From positions 9,109 to 61,762 of the forward strand of contig CAYQCT010000002.1 in assembly GCA_964416015.1 (NCBI GenBank): 52,654 nucleotides of DNA, read 5' to 3'. The position numbers and the translations under genes are program-made. The stretch comes from an uncultured Tepidisphaerales bacterium. Its GTDB lineage: Bacteria > Planctomycetota > Phycisphaerae > Tepidisphaerales > Tepidisphaeraceae. Positions 8,462 through 16,936 of this stretch are shown piece after piece. A model generated the notes under the pieces. The model ran no database searches. It was not told where the DNA came from and saw only the letters and a program-made list of their open reading frames with translations. How positions within the stretch are numbered: the first letter of the stretch is position 1; each line of letters opens with the position of its first letter.

Positions 8462-10768
8462 ATGAAGCTTTCCGTCGCCCGCCGGACCCCGTCGCTCGAA
8501 AATCTCGAGCACCGCCGCCTCCTCGCAGCCGACACTGGCCCGGCCGTCATCGAGTACGACCCGCAGACCGGCGTCGTCGAGACGCTGCCCGTCGGCGAAC
8601 GCATCAATGCCGCCGACGCTGACCTGCTCGACGCGCACCTTGCCTCGCAGGGCATCGCCGGCGGCCTCGACTCGCTCCTGGCCAGCCTCGGCTCGCCGAC
8701 CGAATTCCTCGCCAGCATCGACCGCGTCCTCGGCAACGAGAGCAACGCCGGCTTCGACGCGAAGGGCGACGGCATCAGCGACAGCCTCGACCTCTCCGGC
8801 GACTGGTCGGCCGACCTGGGCACCGAAAGCGTCGTCGGCAGCGACGACCGGACCCGTGTCGTCGACGCGACCGACTTTCCCAGCAGCGCCGTCGGCCGGC
8901 TGGCCCTCGGGTGCAGCGGCGCGATGATCGGCCCGTACCACTTCCTGACGGCCGGCCACTGCGTGACCAGCGGCGGCGGCTTCCGCAGCCCGAGCCAGCT
9001 CCGCGTCACCCTCGGCCAGAACGGCAGCGACGACGCCCCCTTCGGCGTCGCCGAGGCAGAATTCGTCCGCGTCTACGACTCCTGGCAGAACGGCAGCGCC
9101 TGGGAAGATGACTGGGCCGTCATCACGCTCGATCGCTCGCTCGGCAACTACACCGGCTACTTCGGTTACCGCGTCTACGAAGGCACTAACGCATTGGCAG
9201 GCAAGCAGGTCTCGATCCTGCAGTACCCCGGCGACAAGCCCAACGGCACGCAGTGGGTCGCCAGCGGCCCTATCGCCTACTCCGACGAGGGCAAGGTCTT
9301 CTACACCGGCACCCTCGACACTGCCGGCGGATCCAGCGGAAGCGGCGTCTGGGAGATGATCGACGGCGACACCGTCCCGCAGGTCCTGGGCGTGCACGGC
9401 TACGGCACGGGCACCGGCATCTACAACTCGGCCGCCCGCATCACGCAGCAGAAGTCCGACGACATCGGCCTCTGGAAGGCCGCCGACGACGTCGCGCGTC
9501 CGCCGACGGAGAAGGCCGAGTTCGTCGTCGACGACCAGGCGAGCGTCCTCAGCGTCCTGCCGGTCGGCGGACGATTCGCCTTCGACGCCGCCGTCCGCAA
9601 CGTCGGCACGCTGCCGGCCGACGGCATGAAGGCGACCGTCCTTCTCACCGGACCGACTCTCGCCGAAGACATCGAGCTTGGAGAGGTCACGTTCGGCACG
9701 ATGACGCCCTTCGCCGACGCCGCGACCGCCGAGGTCGTGACGCGTCTGCCGGCCGAACTGGGCGAGGGCACGTACGAGGTGCAGCTCGTGCTCGACGTCG
9801 ACAACCAGTTCGACGAGTACAACGAGACGGACAACGTCGTCTCGGCAGGCCCGCTGACGATCGGCACGACCGCGGCCGCCGGCTTGCCGCAGCAGGAGCC
9901 GAACGACACCTTCTCGACGGCGACCAACCTCGGCTTCGTCGGCACCATCGAGGCCGATGAGCTAGCCATCACGACGGGCGACGTGGACTACTTCCGCTTC
10001 ACCGCCGCCGCGGCCGGCACGGTGACCGTCGACCTGCTCTTCCCGCACTTCCTGGGCGACATCGACGCCAAGCTCTACGACGGTGACGGCGGCTTCCGCG
10101 ATGCCAGCACGTCGGCGACCAACAACGAGCGTCTCGACGCCAGCGTCGCTGCGGGTGACGAGCTGGTTCTCGAGGTCTACGGCTGGTCCGGTGCGACCAA
10201 CAGCTACGACCTTCGCATTACTGGCCCGGCGGGCGGATCGGTCGCCGCACCGGAGCTGTCGTCGGCAGCCTTCTTCAAGGACGTTGCCCAGCAGATCGAC
10301 CTCGACTTCGACGGCATCATCGACACGTCGGCCGTCGCCGCGGGCGACCTGGTGCTGTCGAACCTCTCGACGGGTGCGACCTTCGACGCTAGCGGCCTCG
10401 ACTTTGCGGCAGGCCCGCGTGGCATGACGTGGGCCGTGCCGGCGGGCGGGACATTGCTGAGCAACGGCTTGTGGCAGGCGACGCTGCCGGGCTCGAGCAT
10501 CGTCAGCGCGGGCGGCGTGGCGGCACAGGCGCCGGTCAGCTTCCAGTTCGGCGTCCTCAACGGCGACGCCGACGGCAGTGGCACGGTGAACCTGGCGGAC
10601 TTCGGCGTGCTCCGCAGCAACTTCGGCCGGACCGGCTTCCTGTCGGCCGGCGAGGGCGACTTCAACTTCGACGGCCGGGTCGACCTTGCAGACTTCGGCC
10701 TGCTCCGCGGCAGCTTCGGCCAGACCGTCGCGACGCCGGGCTCGCTTTTCGCCGACGAGTCGCTGTAG
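8462..10768 (+). CDS. Secreted trypsin-like serine protease (S1, V8/Glu-endopeptidase-like) with CARDB-like, PPC, Ig-like and double dockerin-like domains
   Basis: ATG at 8462 (MKLSVARRTPSLENLEHRRLLAAD). The catalytic triad context is LTAGHCV (His), DDWAVITLD (Asp) and GGSSGSGVW (Ser). EPNDTFSTATNLG...DVDYFRFTA...YDLRI is a pre-peptidase C-terminal domain. The C-terminus is NGDADGSGTVNLADFGVLRSNFG...GDFNFDGRVDLADFGLLRGSFG. Confidence 0.9.
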   Translation: MKLSVARRTPSLENLEHRRLLAADTGPAVIEYDPQTGVVETLPVGERINAADADLLDAHLASQGIAGGLDSLLASLGSPTEFLASIDRVLGNESNAGFDAKGDGISDSLDLSGDWSADLGTESVVGSDDRTRVVDATDFPSSAVGRLALGCSGAMIGPYHFLTAGHCVTSGGGFRSPSQLRVTLGQNGSDDAPFGVAEAEFVRVYDSWQNGSAWEDDWAVITLDRSLGNYTGYFGYRVYEGTNALAGKQVSILQYPGDKPNGTQWVASGPIAYSDEGKVFYTGTLDTAGGSSGSGVWEMIDGDTVPQVLGVHGYGTGTGIYNSAARITQQKSDDIGLWKAADDVARPPTEKAEFVVDDQASVLSVLPVGGRFAFDAAVRNVGTLPADGMKATVLLTGPTLAEDIELGEVTFGTMTPFADAATAEVVTRLPAELGEGTYEVQLVLDVDNQFDEYNETDNVVSAGPLTIGTTAAAGLPQQEPNDTFSTATNLGFVGTIEADELAITTGDVDYFRFTAAAAGTVTVDLLFPHFLGDIDAKLYDGDGGFRDASTSATNNERLDASVAAGDELVLEVYGWSGATNSYDLRITGPAGGSVAAPELSSAAFFKDVAQQIDLDFDGIIDTSAVAAGDLVLSNLSTGATFDASGLDFAAGPRGMTWAVPAGGTLLSNGLWQATLPGSSIVSAGGVAAQAPVSFQFGVLNGDADGSGTVNLADFGVLRSNFGRTGFLSAGEGDFNFDGRVDLADFGLLRGSFGQTVATPGSLFADESL
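8504..8527 (+). other. Leader motif LEHRRLLA
   Basis: Residues 15-22 of the S1 protease. This is one of five copies of L-E-x-R-R-[LMH]-L-[AS] in the window. Confidence 0.8.
10559..10720 (+). repeat. Tandem dockerin-like (EF-hand-like) repeat pair, copy 1 of 3
   Basis: Encodes NGDADGSGTVNLADFGVLRSNFG-(7 aa)-GEGDFNFDGRVDLADFGLLRGSFG. The nucleotide-level similarity to 14670-14831 and 18623-18781 is visible by eye (gtSaacctYgcSgacttYggc...). Confidence 0.85.
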
Positions 10769-10795
10769 TTTCTTCGGCAGAAACGCCGCAAACCT

Positions 10796-10835
10796 GCGGC
10801 CGCCGCACTCCTTCGGGTGACGGCGGCCGTTTCGC
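10796..10835 (+). terminator. Putative intrinsic terminator after the S1 protease gene
   Basis: GGCCGCCGCAC (10798-10808), loop tccttcgg, then GTGaCGGCGGCC (10817-10828) with one bulge, followed by gtttcg. A second small hairpin gtttc-ttcggca-gaaac lies directly after the stop codon. Confidence 0.5.
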
Positions 10836-11011
10836 GTCGTCGACCGCGTACTCCGCCGGTGCGGGTCGTGCGGACGCGGCGTGATGGAGCTTTATGCAGA
10901 TGGCGTAAATAAAGCTTGTCGGACGTAGCGTTACCGGCTAGGGTGTCGAAGTCAGGGCCGGCCCTCGTCGTGGTCGCGTCCCCGCATGGGATCGAAAATG
11001 CTCGTGCGTCA

Positions 11012-11056
11012 AGAAGTTTTCACCCGCGATAGAAGTTTTCCGCGTCCGAAGTTCTG
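11012..11056 (+). promoter_or_regulatory. AT-rich direct repeats upstream of the beta-helix gene (candidate operator)
   Basis: AGAAGTTTTC occurs exactly twice (11012-11021 and 11031-11040). A degenerate third copy cGAAGTTcTg lies at 11047-11056. The periods are 19 and 16 nt. The repeats are 135-180 bp upstream of the ATG at 11190, in an otherwise GC-rich genome. Confidence 0.3.
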
Positions 11057-11189
11057 CCTCACGACATCACTCCGCGTCGCCGCCGGTCCCGTCTGCTGGG
11101 ATCAGTCGGTTGACTGCCGCGAGTTTCACTTTCGTCTCACCAGTCGCCTCCTCGGCCTGTTTTTGCTTACCTCGTAAGGACCTCTGTAC

Positions 11190-14100
11190 ATGCGTCGCCC
11201 GACGTCACCCAACGCCCGTCTGAATCTTCTCGAGAGCCTCGAGAGCCGTCGCCTTCTGGCGAACATCGTCGTGACCACGCTGGCCGACTCGGTCGCCGGG
11301 GCCGAGACGAGCCTTCGTGACGCGTTGGCCCAGGCCGATGCGAATGCAGAGGCCGACATCATCACGTTCGGCGGCACCGCTGCCAACGGCGGCACGATCA
11401 CGCTCGACGCGCTCAACGGCCAGCTCGAGATCGCCTCGACCGAGGCCATCACGATCACGGCCCCGTCGGCCGGCGTCACCGTCGACGCCGCCGGCAACAG
11501 CCGCGGCCTCGTCGTCGGCGACGGTGCGACGGTCTCAATCTCAAACCTGAGCTTTAGCAACGGCGACACGATCACCTCGGACGCTCGCGGCGGCAACATC
11601 GCGGTCGGCGAAGGTGCGACCTTCACGATGGTCGACGGCAGCCTGACCGGCGGCGTCGCCAACCAGGGCGGCGGCCTCTACGCGGTTCTTGCGACCGTCT
11701 CCCTGACCGACGTCGACATCACCGGCAACCTGGCCGACGACACCGAAGCCGTCACCGGCGGCTTCGGCGGTGGCGTCCGCGTGCTCGGCAGCGACCTGAC
11801 GATCGTCGGCGGCAACATCAGCGGCAACACGGCTGGCACGCTCGCCACTGAGCCCGATCCGGACAATGTCGGCGAACTGCTCGACGACTCCGGCTCCGGT
11901 GCCGGTATCGCGGTCGGTGCCCTTTCCGACGGCGAAGATCCGCCCACGCTGACGCCGAGCACCTTCTCGATCAGCGGTGTCACCTTCGACGGCAACGTCG
12001 CGGCGAACCCCGAGGGCAACGGCGACGCCGGCGGCATCCGCGTCGACGGCTCGAGCGGCAGCGTCAGCAACTCGACCTTCCAGAACCACAGCACCGGCTT
12101 CGGCGCGGGCATGCTGACGTTCAACTCGGACATCACGCTCAACGAAGTCACCTTCCTCAACCACGACGCAACCGGCTCCGGCGGCGCGCTCTACTTCGAC
12201 GGCGGCACCATCGATGATGCGACGACCGTCACCAACACCCTCGTCATCAACGGCGGCAGCATCGAGAACAGCACCGCCGGCGGCGGCGGCGCCATGATCA
12301 TCTTCGACGGCGATGCCGACATCGACGACCTTGACGTCATTAACAGCTCCGTCACCGGCAACGGCGGTGGCATCTTCTCGCAGAACGGCAACCTCGAGCT
12401 GACCAACTCGCTCATCCAGGGCAGCGTCTCCGACTCGGGCGTCACCGGCGGCGGCGGCTTCGGCGGCGGCGTGCTGTACGCACGCTTCTCGGTCGCGCCC
12501 GGCACCGTCACCTTCGAGAACAACGAGTTCTACAGCAACACCGCCCGCGTCGGCGGCGGAGCCTTCATCCAGGACGCGGAGTTCTTCAGCACCAACGACC
12601 AGTTCGGTGATCTCGTCGACCAGGGCGACGATCCGGACCTCGACCTGGGCAACGACGCCCGCAACGACGGCGGCGGCCTGTTCCTCAACGGCGGCGACGG
12701 CGTCCACAGCATCACCGGCACGACCTTCACCGGCAACAACTCTGAGACGGTCGATGACCCCGAAGGCACCGGTGCCGGCGGCGGCATGATCTACTTCGGC
12801 CAGAACGACGGCACGCTCTCGATCGCCGACTCCGAGTTCCTCAGCAACGACGGCGACGTCTTCGGCGGCGGTGCCATTCTCGTCAACCGTGGCGGCGGCG
12901 GTGCGATCAGCATCACGGGCACCACCTTCGCTGGCAACGCCGCCCAGATCGGCGGCGGCCTCGACTACAACGGCCCCAGCACCGGTGCCCCGCCCGCGTT
13001 GACGGCCCTGGCCGGCGGCGATGAAGTCGACGGCGTCGCGACCTACACCGCCTCCGAGCTCGAGACGCTCAAGCGGTCCGGCTACCAGGGCGAAGCGGCG
13101 ACGCTGACCTCCGTCGAGCGGCTCGTCCGCGATGCGAACGGCCGCACGTCGGTCGTGACGCAGGAACGTCCGGCGGATCGCACAGACGATCGTGGCACGT
13201 CCCGCGGCTTGGCGAGCCTGACGACGCCGGCGTTGTTCGACGATTCGTCGATGACGATCAGCAACTCGACCTTCGAGAACAACATCGGCTTCGCCGGTGG
13301 TGGTGCCCGGTTCTTCTTCGGTCGGGCCAATGTCATCGACACGAACTTCATCAACAACAACGGCTTCTTCTCGCTGCCGCTGGCCAACCGGGACTTCGTC
13401 AACGGCACGGGTGAAGTCACCGGCACGTCCAACGGCGGCGGCATCTTCTCGATCAGTGCGGACCTGGCCGTCGAGCGTTCGGCGTTCATCGGCAACGACG
13501 TCACGTTCCCCGAGACCTTCGAGACGGTTGATCCGGACACCAACCTTCCCGTCACGCTGACGCTGACGCTGGAAGCCGGTGTCGAGGATTCGTCCGGCGG
13601 TGGCATCGACTGGCTCGGCAGCGACAACAACGCTGACGGTGCTGCGACGGCGGCCGGCGCCCGTGCCGACCTGAGCTTCGTGAACAGCACGATCGGCGGC
13701 AACATTGCCGCGGACGCCGCCGGTGCCCGTTTTGAGGGCAGCCTCGGCGACACGGGTGACTTCCCGACGACGTTCGACCTGACCTTCGTCAACAGCACGA
13801 TCTTCGACAACGAAGCGACGAACACCGCCGGCGGTATCCAGCTGGTCAACCAGGCGTTCGCGGTGCCCGCCTTCGGCGTGCCGGAAGCGAACGCGTTCTT
13901 CTACAACACCGTCCTCAGCGGCAACACCGCCGACGGTGCCGTGTCGAACTACAGCGACATCAGCCAGGACCTCGACCCGGGCACCGTGCCGGTCACGGTC
14001 CTGTTCGACAACAACTACCTCGGCTCCGACCTCGCTGGCGAGGCTGCCGACAACCTCATCGGCGACGCGCCGCTGCTGTCCGAGGCCGTCTTCGGCGGTG

Positions 14101-14888
14101 GCACGACCGGCGTCTACGTCCCGCTCATCGGCAGCCCGCTGCTCGATGCCGGCGACAACGCCTTGGCCAAGGATCCGGGCGACGATGCCCTGCTCCAGCC
14201 GAGCGACTCGACGCTCACGCTCGATGCCCGTGGCTCGTCGTTCTTCGACCGCTTCTTCGACTACCCGACCGCCGCCGGCACTGGCGTCGACATCGGCGCT
14301 GTCGAGAAGCAGGGCCCCGATGCCGGCGAGACCGGCGTCTTCGACATCGGCATGGAGGCGACCGTCAGCTTCACCTTCGATCAGTCGATCGACGCCTCGA
14401 CCGCGGCCGGTACCGACCTCGTCCTCGTCAACAACACGACCGAGGAAGAGATCGACACCACCGGCGTCACGACCAGCTACGATCCGGGCACGAACACCCT
14501 CACGTTCGACCTCACGTCGCTCATCCAGAACGGCCTGCTCACGAACGGCAACTACACGGCGACCCTCGCCGCGTTCAGCCCGGACACGGATGCTGGCGAT
14601 CCGGACGGCGTCTTCGGCCTCAACGGCTCGCCCAACGCCCTCTCGGCCAGCGTCGACTTCTCGTTCGTCAACGGCGACGCCAACCGTGACCTCCGCGTGA
14701 ACCTTGCCGACTTCGGCATCCTGCGTGGCAACTTCGGCGCACAGAGCGGCGTCGGCTTCCTGCAGGCCGACTTCAACCTCGACGGCCGCGTGAACCTCGC
14801 CGACTTCGGCATCCTGCGCGGCAACTTCGGCTTCACGCTGCCGGCACCGACTGCTTCGCTCTTCAGCGAAGAGGCCGCCGGCTTCTGA
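11190..14888 (+). CDS. Large secreted right-handed parallel beta-helix repeat protein (Pmp/adhesin- or lyase-like) with Ig-like and double dockerin-like C-terminus
   Basis: ATG at 11190 preceded by AAGGA. The leader is MRRPTSPNARLNLLESLESRRLLANIVVTTLAD. ETSLRDALAQADANAEADIITFGG resembles a 'CSLREA'-type N-cap. There are dozens of about 25-aa repeats of the form GGGxx...N(S/T)xFxxN. The C-terminus is NGDANRDLRVNLADFGILRGNFG...ADFNLDGRVNLADFGILRGNFG. Confidence 0.9.
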   Translation: MRRPTSPNARLNLLESLESRRLLANIVVTTLADSVAGAETSLRDALAQADANAEADIITFGGTAANGGTITLDALNGQLEIASTEAITITAPSAGVTVDAAGNSRGLVVGDGATVSISNLSFSNGDTITSDARGGNIAVGEGATFTMVDGSLTGGVANQGGGLYAVLATVSLTDVDITGNLADDTEAVTGGFGGGVRVLGSDLTIVGGNISGNTAGTLATEPDPDNVGELLDDSGSGAGIAVGALSDGEDPPTLTPSTFSISGVTFDGNVAANPEGNGDAGGIRVDGSSGSVSNSTFQNHSTGFGAGMLTFNSDITLNEVTFLNHDATGSGGALYFDGGTIDDATTVTNTLVINGGSIENSTAGGGGAMIIFDGDADIDDLDVINSSVTGNGGGIFSQNGNLELTNSLIQGSVSDSGVTGGGGFGGGVLYARFSVAPGTVTFENNEFYSNTARVGGGAFIQDAEFFSTNDQFGDLVDQGDDPDLDLGNDARNDGGGLFLNGGDGVHSITGTTFTGNNSETVDDPEGTGAGGGMIYFGQNDGTLSIADSEFLSNDGDVFGGGAILVNRGGGGAISITGTTFAGNAAQIGGGLDYNGPSTGAPPALTALAGGDEVDGVATYTASELETLKRSGYQGEAATLTSVERLVRDANGRTSVVTQERPADRTDDRGTSRGLASLTTPALFDDSSMTISNSTFENNIGFAGGGARFFFGRANVIDTNFINNNGFFSLPLANRDFVNGTGEVTGTSNGGGIFSISADLAVERSAFIGNDVTFPETFETVDPDTNLPVTLTLTLEAGVEDSSGGGIDWLGSDNNADGAATAAGARADLSFVNSTIGGNIAADAAGARFEGSLGDTGDFPTTFDLTFVNSTIFDNEATNTAGGIQLVNQAFAVPAFGVPEANAFFYNTVLSGNTADGAVSNYSDISQDLDPGTVPVTVLFDNNYLGSDLAGEAADNLIGDAPLLSEAVFGGGTTGVYVPLIGSPLLDAGDNALAKDPGDDALLQPSDSTLTLDARGSSFFDRFFDYPTAAGTGVDIGAVEKQGPDAGETGVFDIGMEATVSFTFDQSIDASTAAGTDLVLVNNTTEEEIDTTGVTTSYDPGTNTLTFDLTSLIQNGLLTNGNYTATLAAFSPDTDAGDPDGVFGLNGSPNALSASVDFSFVNGDANRDLRVNLADFGILRGNFGAQSGVGFLQADFNLDGRVNLADFGILRGNFGFTLPAPTASLFSEEAAGF
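11238..11261 (+). other. Leader motif LESRRLLA
   Basis: Residues 17-24 of the beta-helix protein. Confidence 0.8.
14670..14831 (+). repeat. Tandem dockerin-like repeat pair, copy 2 of 3
   Basis: NGDANRDLRVNLADFGILRGNFG-(9 aa)-ADFNLDGRVNLADFGILRGNFG. The second repeat with its following FTLP is near-identical at the DNA level to 18740-18793. Confidence 0.85.
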
Positions 14889-14926
14889 ATCTGAACAGCC
14901 GGCCTCGGCCGACTGCAACCTCTTTC

Positions 14927-14962
14927 GCCGCCCCGGCCACTCGGCCGGGGCGGCTTTGCGTT
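14927..14962 (+). terminator. Intrinsic terminator after the beta-helix gene
   Basis: Perfect 12-bp stem GCCGCCCCGGCC (14927-14938) / GGCCGGGGCGGC (14943-14954) with a 4-nt loop actc, followed by tttgcgttg. Confidence 0.7.
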
Positions 14963-15134
14963 GTCATCCGCACAAGCTGCCTCATCGGCCCGATAGTCGC
15001 GTGACCTGCCGCGGAAACTCGCCGCTTCGGAAGCCGCCGCGTCAGTCGGTGCGAAACTAGGATGCCGCGGCTCCGGAGCAGAAGTTTCTGCAGACTCCGG
15101 CGTGCCTTGATTCGTAGGAAGGCCAGCGGCGGAG

Positions 15135-16871
15135 GTGGGAGACTGTCATGCGTCATCGCTCGAGCCGCGCCGGCACCTGGCGGCCGATCCGCTCGTGAGC
15201 GAGCAGTGGCATCTCGCTCCGCCGACACCCGGCGAGGCCGGTGCGAACGTGCTGGCGGCGCATGCGATGCCGTCACCGACCGATGCCGCCGTCGACGGCA
15301 GCGGTGTCCTGGTCGCGATTGTCGACAACGGCGTACGCCTCGACCACTACGACCTCGACGACAACCTCATTGCCGACTACGGCTACGACTTTGCCGACGA
15401 CGACCCGCTCCCGCTCGCGTCCGGCTCCGTGCCGCAGAGCAGTCCGTGGTGGGGCCACGGGACGGCCGTCGCGGGCATTGTCGCGGCCGAAGCGGGCAAC
15501 GGCCGCGGCGGGCAGGGCGTCGCGCCCGACGCGTCGCTGGCGGCGTTGCGTCTCTTCGCCGGTGCCTCACCGCCGACCGACGATGCGGCCGCCGCGGCAC
15601 TCGCGTGGCGGGCGGACGAGGTCGACGTCTATGTAAACGCCTGGGGCCCGGCCGACGATGGCGAGCGGTTCGAAGGCCCCGCCCCGGCGACGGCGGCGGT
15701 GATCGAGCAGACGGCCACTACGGGTCGCGGCGGGCTCGGCTCGGTCCTCGTCTGGGCCGCCGGCAACGGTGGCAGCGACGACGACGCCAACCGCGACGGA
15801 TACGCCAACAGCCGGCACACAATCGCCGTCACTGCCGTTTCGGAGCAGGGCGTTCGCCCGTTCTACGCCGAAACTGGCGCGAACCTGCTCGTCGCGGCAC
15901 CTTCGTCGGGACAGACGGGGACCGACCGCGCGATCGTCACGGCCTCCCCTCTGCTCGCCGAGGCGAGTGCGTCATCTGTGCCGCCACTGGCCGAAGGTGT
16001 GCCTGCGGCCGCCGAATTGGTCCCTCGCTCGATCGCGTTGGAGCCGCTGGCGTCGTCGACCGGCTACCGCGACGACTTCGGCGGCACAAGCGCAGCCGCT
16101 CCGGTCGTGGCCGGCGTCGTGGCGTTGATGCTGGAAGCCAATCCCGATTTGTCCGCCCGCGACGTCCAGCACGTTCTGGTCGACTCTGCCGTGCAGAACG
16201 ATGCGACGTCCGGAACCTGGCAGATCAATGCCGCCGGCCGCACCGTCAGTCACGTCTACGGGCACGGCCTGGTCGACGCCGCCGCGGCCGTGACGCTCGC
16301 GCAGGACTGGCAGACCGTCGGTTCCGAGCAATCGGTCGCCACGCCGACCGTGTCCGTGGCAACGCCAATCCCCGCCGACGGCTCAACCTTGTCGGTCCCG
16401 CTCTCGCTGCCGGCCGGGATCCGCATCGAGCACGTCGAGCTCGATCTCGACGCCAGCCACACCTTCCGCGGCGACATCGAGGCCGTCCTGCGTTCGCCGA
16501 ATGGCACCGAGAGCCGCCTGCTGGTGGCCAACGATGATCCAAACGAAGATATCCGCGACTGGACCCTGACGAGCACGCAACATTGGGGCGAGTCCAGCGG
16601 CGGCGTCTGGACGCTCAACGTGCGAGATGCGTTTCCCGCTTCGGACAACGGCGTTTTGAATAATGTTCAGCTCCGCGCATTCGGGACGGTTGTTCCTCAG
16701 CCGGCGGTTCAGGCGTTTGGCCCCTCGTCGCGAGCGTCGCCGGCGAGGATCTGGACGGGACAAGCAGAAACTTTCGCTGCCGAAGCAATGAACGGCAGTG
16801 GCGTGCGACACGTATCTGTGATAACAGTGTTTGTAGACCGGCGGCTGGGGCCGATGTTGCTGGTCATGTAG
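15135..16871 (+). CDS. S8 subtilisin-family serine protease with kexin/furin-type P (proprotein convertase) domain
   Basis: GTG at 15135 is the only start possible, because an in-frame TGA lies at 15108-15110. The catalytic motifs are VAIVDNGV (Asp), GHGTAVAGIVAA (His) and GGTSAAAPVVAGVVALMLEANP (Ser). The P-domain signature is FRGDIEAVLRSPNGTESRLL...WTLNVRD. The leader is MGDCHASSLEPRRHLAADP. The last 59 codons or so are AT-richer and look like read-through. Confidence 0.9.
   Translation: MGDCHASSLEPRRHLAADPLVSEQWHLAPPTPGEAGANVLAAHAMPSPTDAAVDGSGVLVAIVDNGVRLDHYDLDDNLIADYGYDFADDDPLPLASGSVPQSSPWWGHGTAVAGIVAAEAGNGRGGQGVAPDASLAALRLFAGASPPTDDAAAAALAWRADEVDVYVNAWGPADDGERFEGPAPATAAVIEQTATTGRGGLGSVLVWAAGNGGSDDDANRDGYANSRHTIAVTAVSEQGVRPFYAETGANLLVAAPSSGQTGTDRAIVTASPLLAEASASSVPPLAEGVPAAAELVPRSIALEPLASSTGYRDDFGGTSAAAPVVAGVVALMLEANPDLSARDVQHVLVDSAVQNDATSGTWQINAAGRTVSHVYGHGLVDAAAAVTLAQDWQTVGSEQSVATPTVSVATPIPADGSTLSVPLSLPAGIRIEHVELDLDASHTFRGDIEAVLRSPNGTESRLLVANDDPNEDIRDWTLTSTQHWGESSGGVWTLNVRDAFPASDNGVLNNVQLRAFGTVVPQPAVQAFGPSSRASPARIWTGQAETFAAEAMNGSGVRHVSVITVFVDRRLGPMLLVM
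15159..15182 (+). other. Leader motif LEPRRHLA
   Basis: Residues 9-16 of the S8 protease. Confidence 0.75.
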
Positions 16872-16936
16872 TTCCCGATGATGTGTCGGGCATCCGCCCG
16901 TTGTTTCTTGGCCGTTGGCCACATCCAGTTTTGCTC

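Noticed and set aside
8312-9397. N-terminal 360 aa of the 455-aa minus-strand ORF 8030..9397
   Set aside because: It is antisense to the S1 protease gene. Only the last 93 codons, which lie outside that gene, look like a plausible small protein.
11541-14918. 1125-aa minus-strand ORF
   Set aside because: It is antisense to the beta-helix/dockerin gene. Its composition is monotonous (V/A/D/E/R/G) and mirrors the sense repeats. It has no independent signals.
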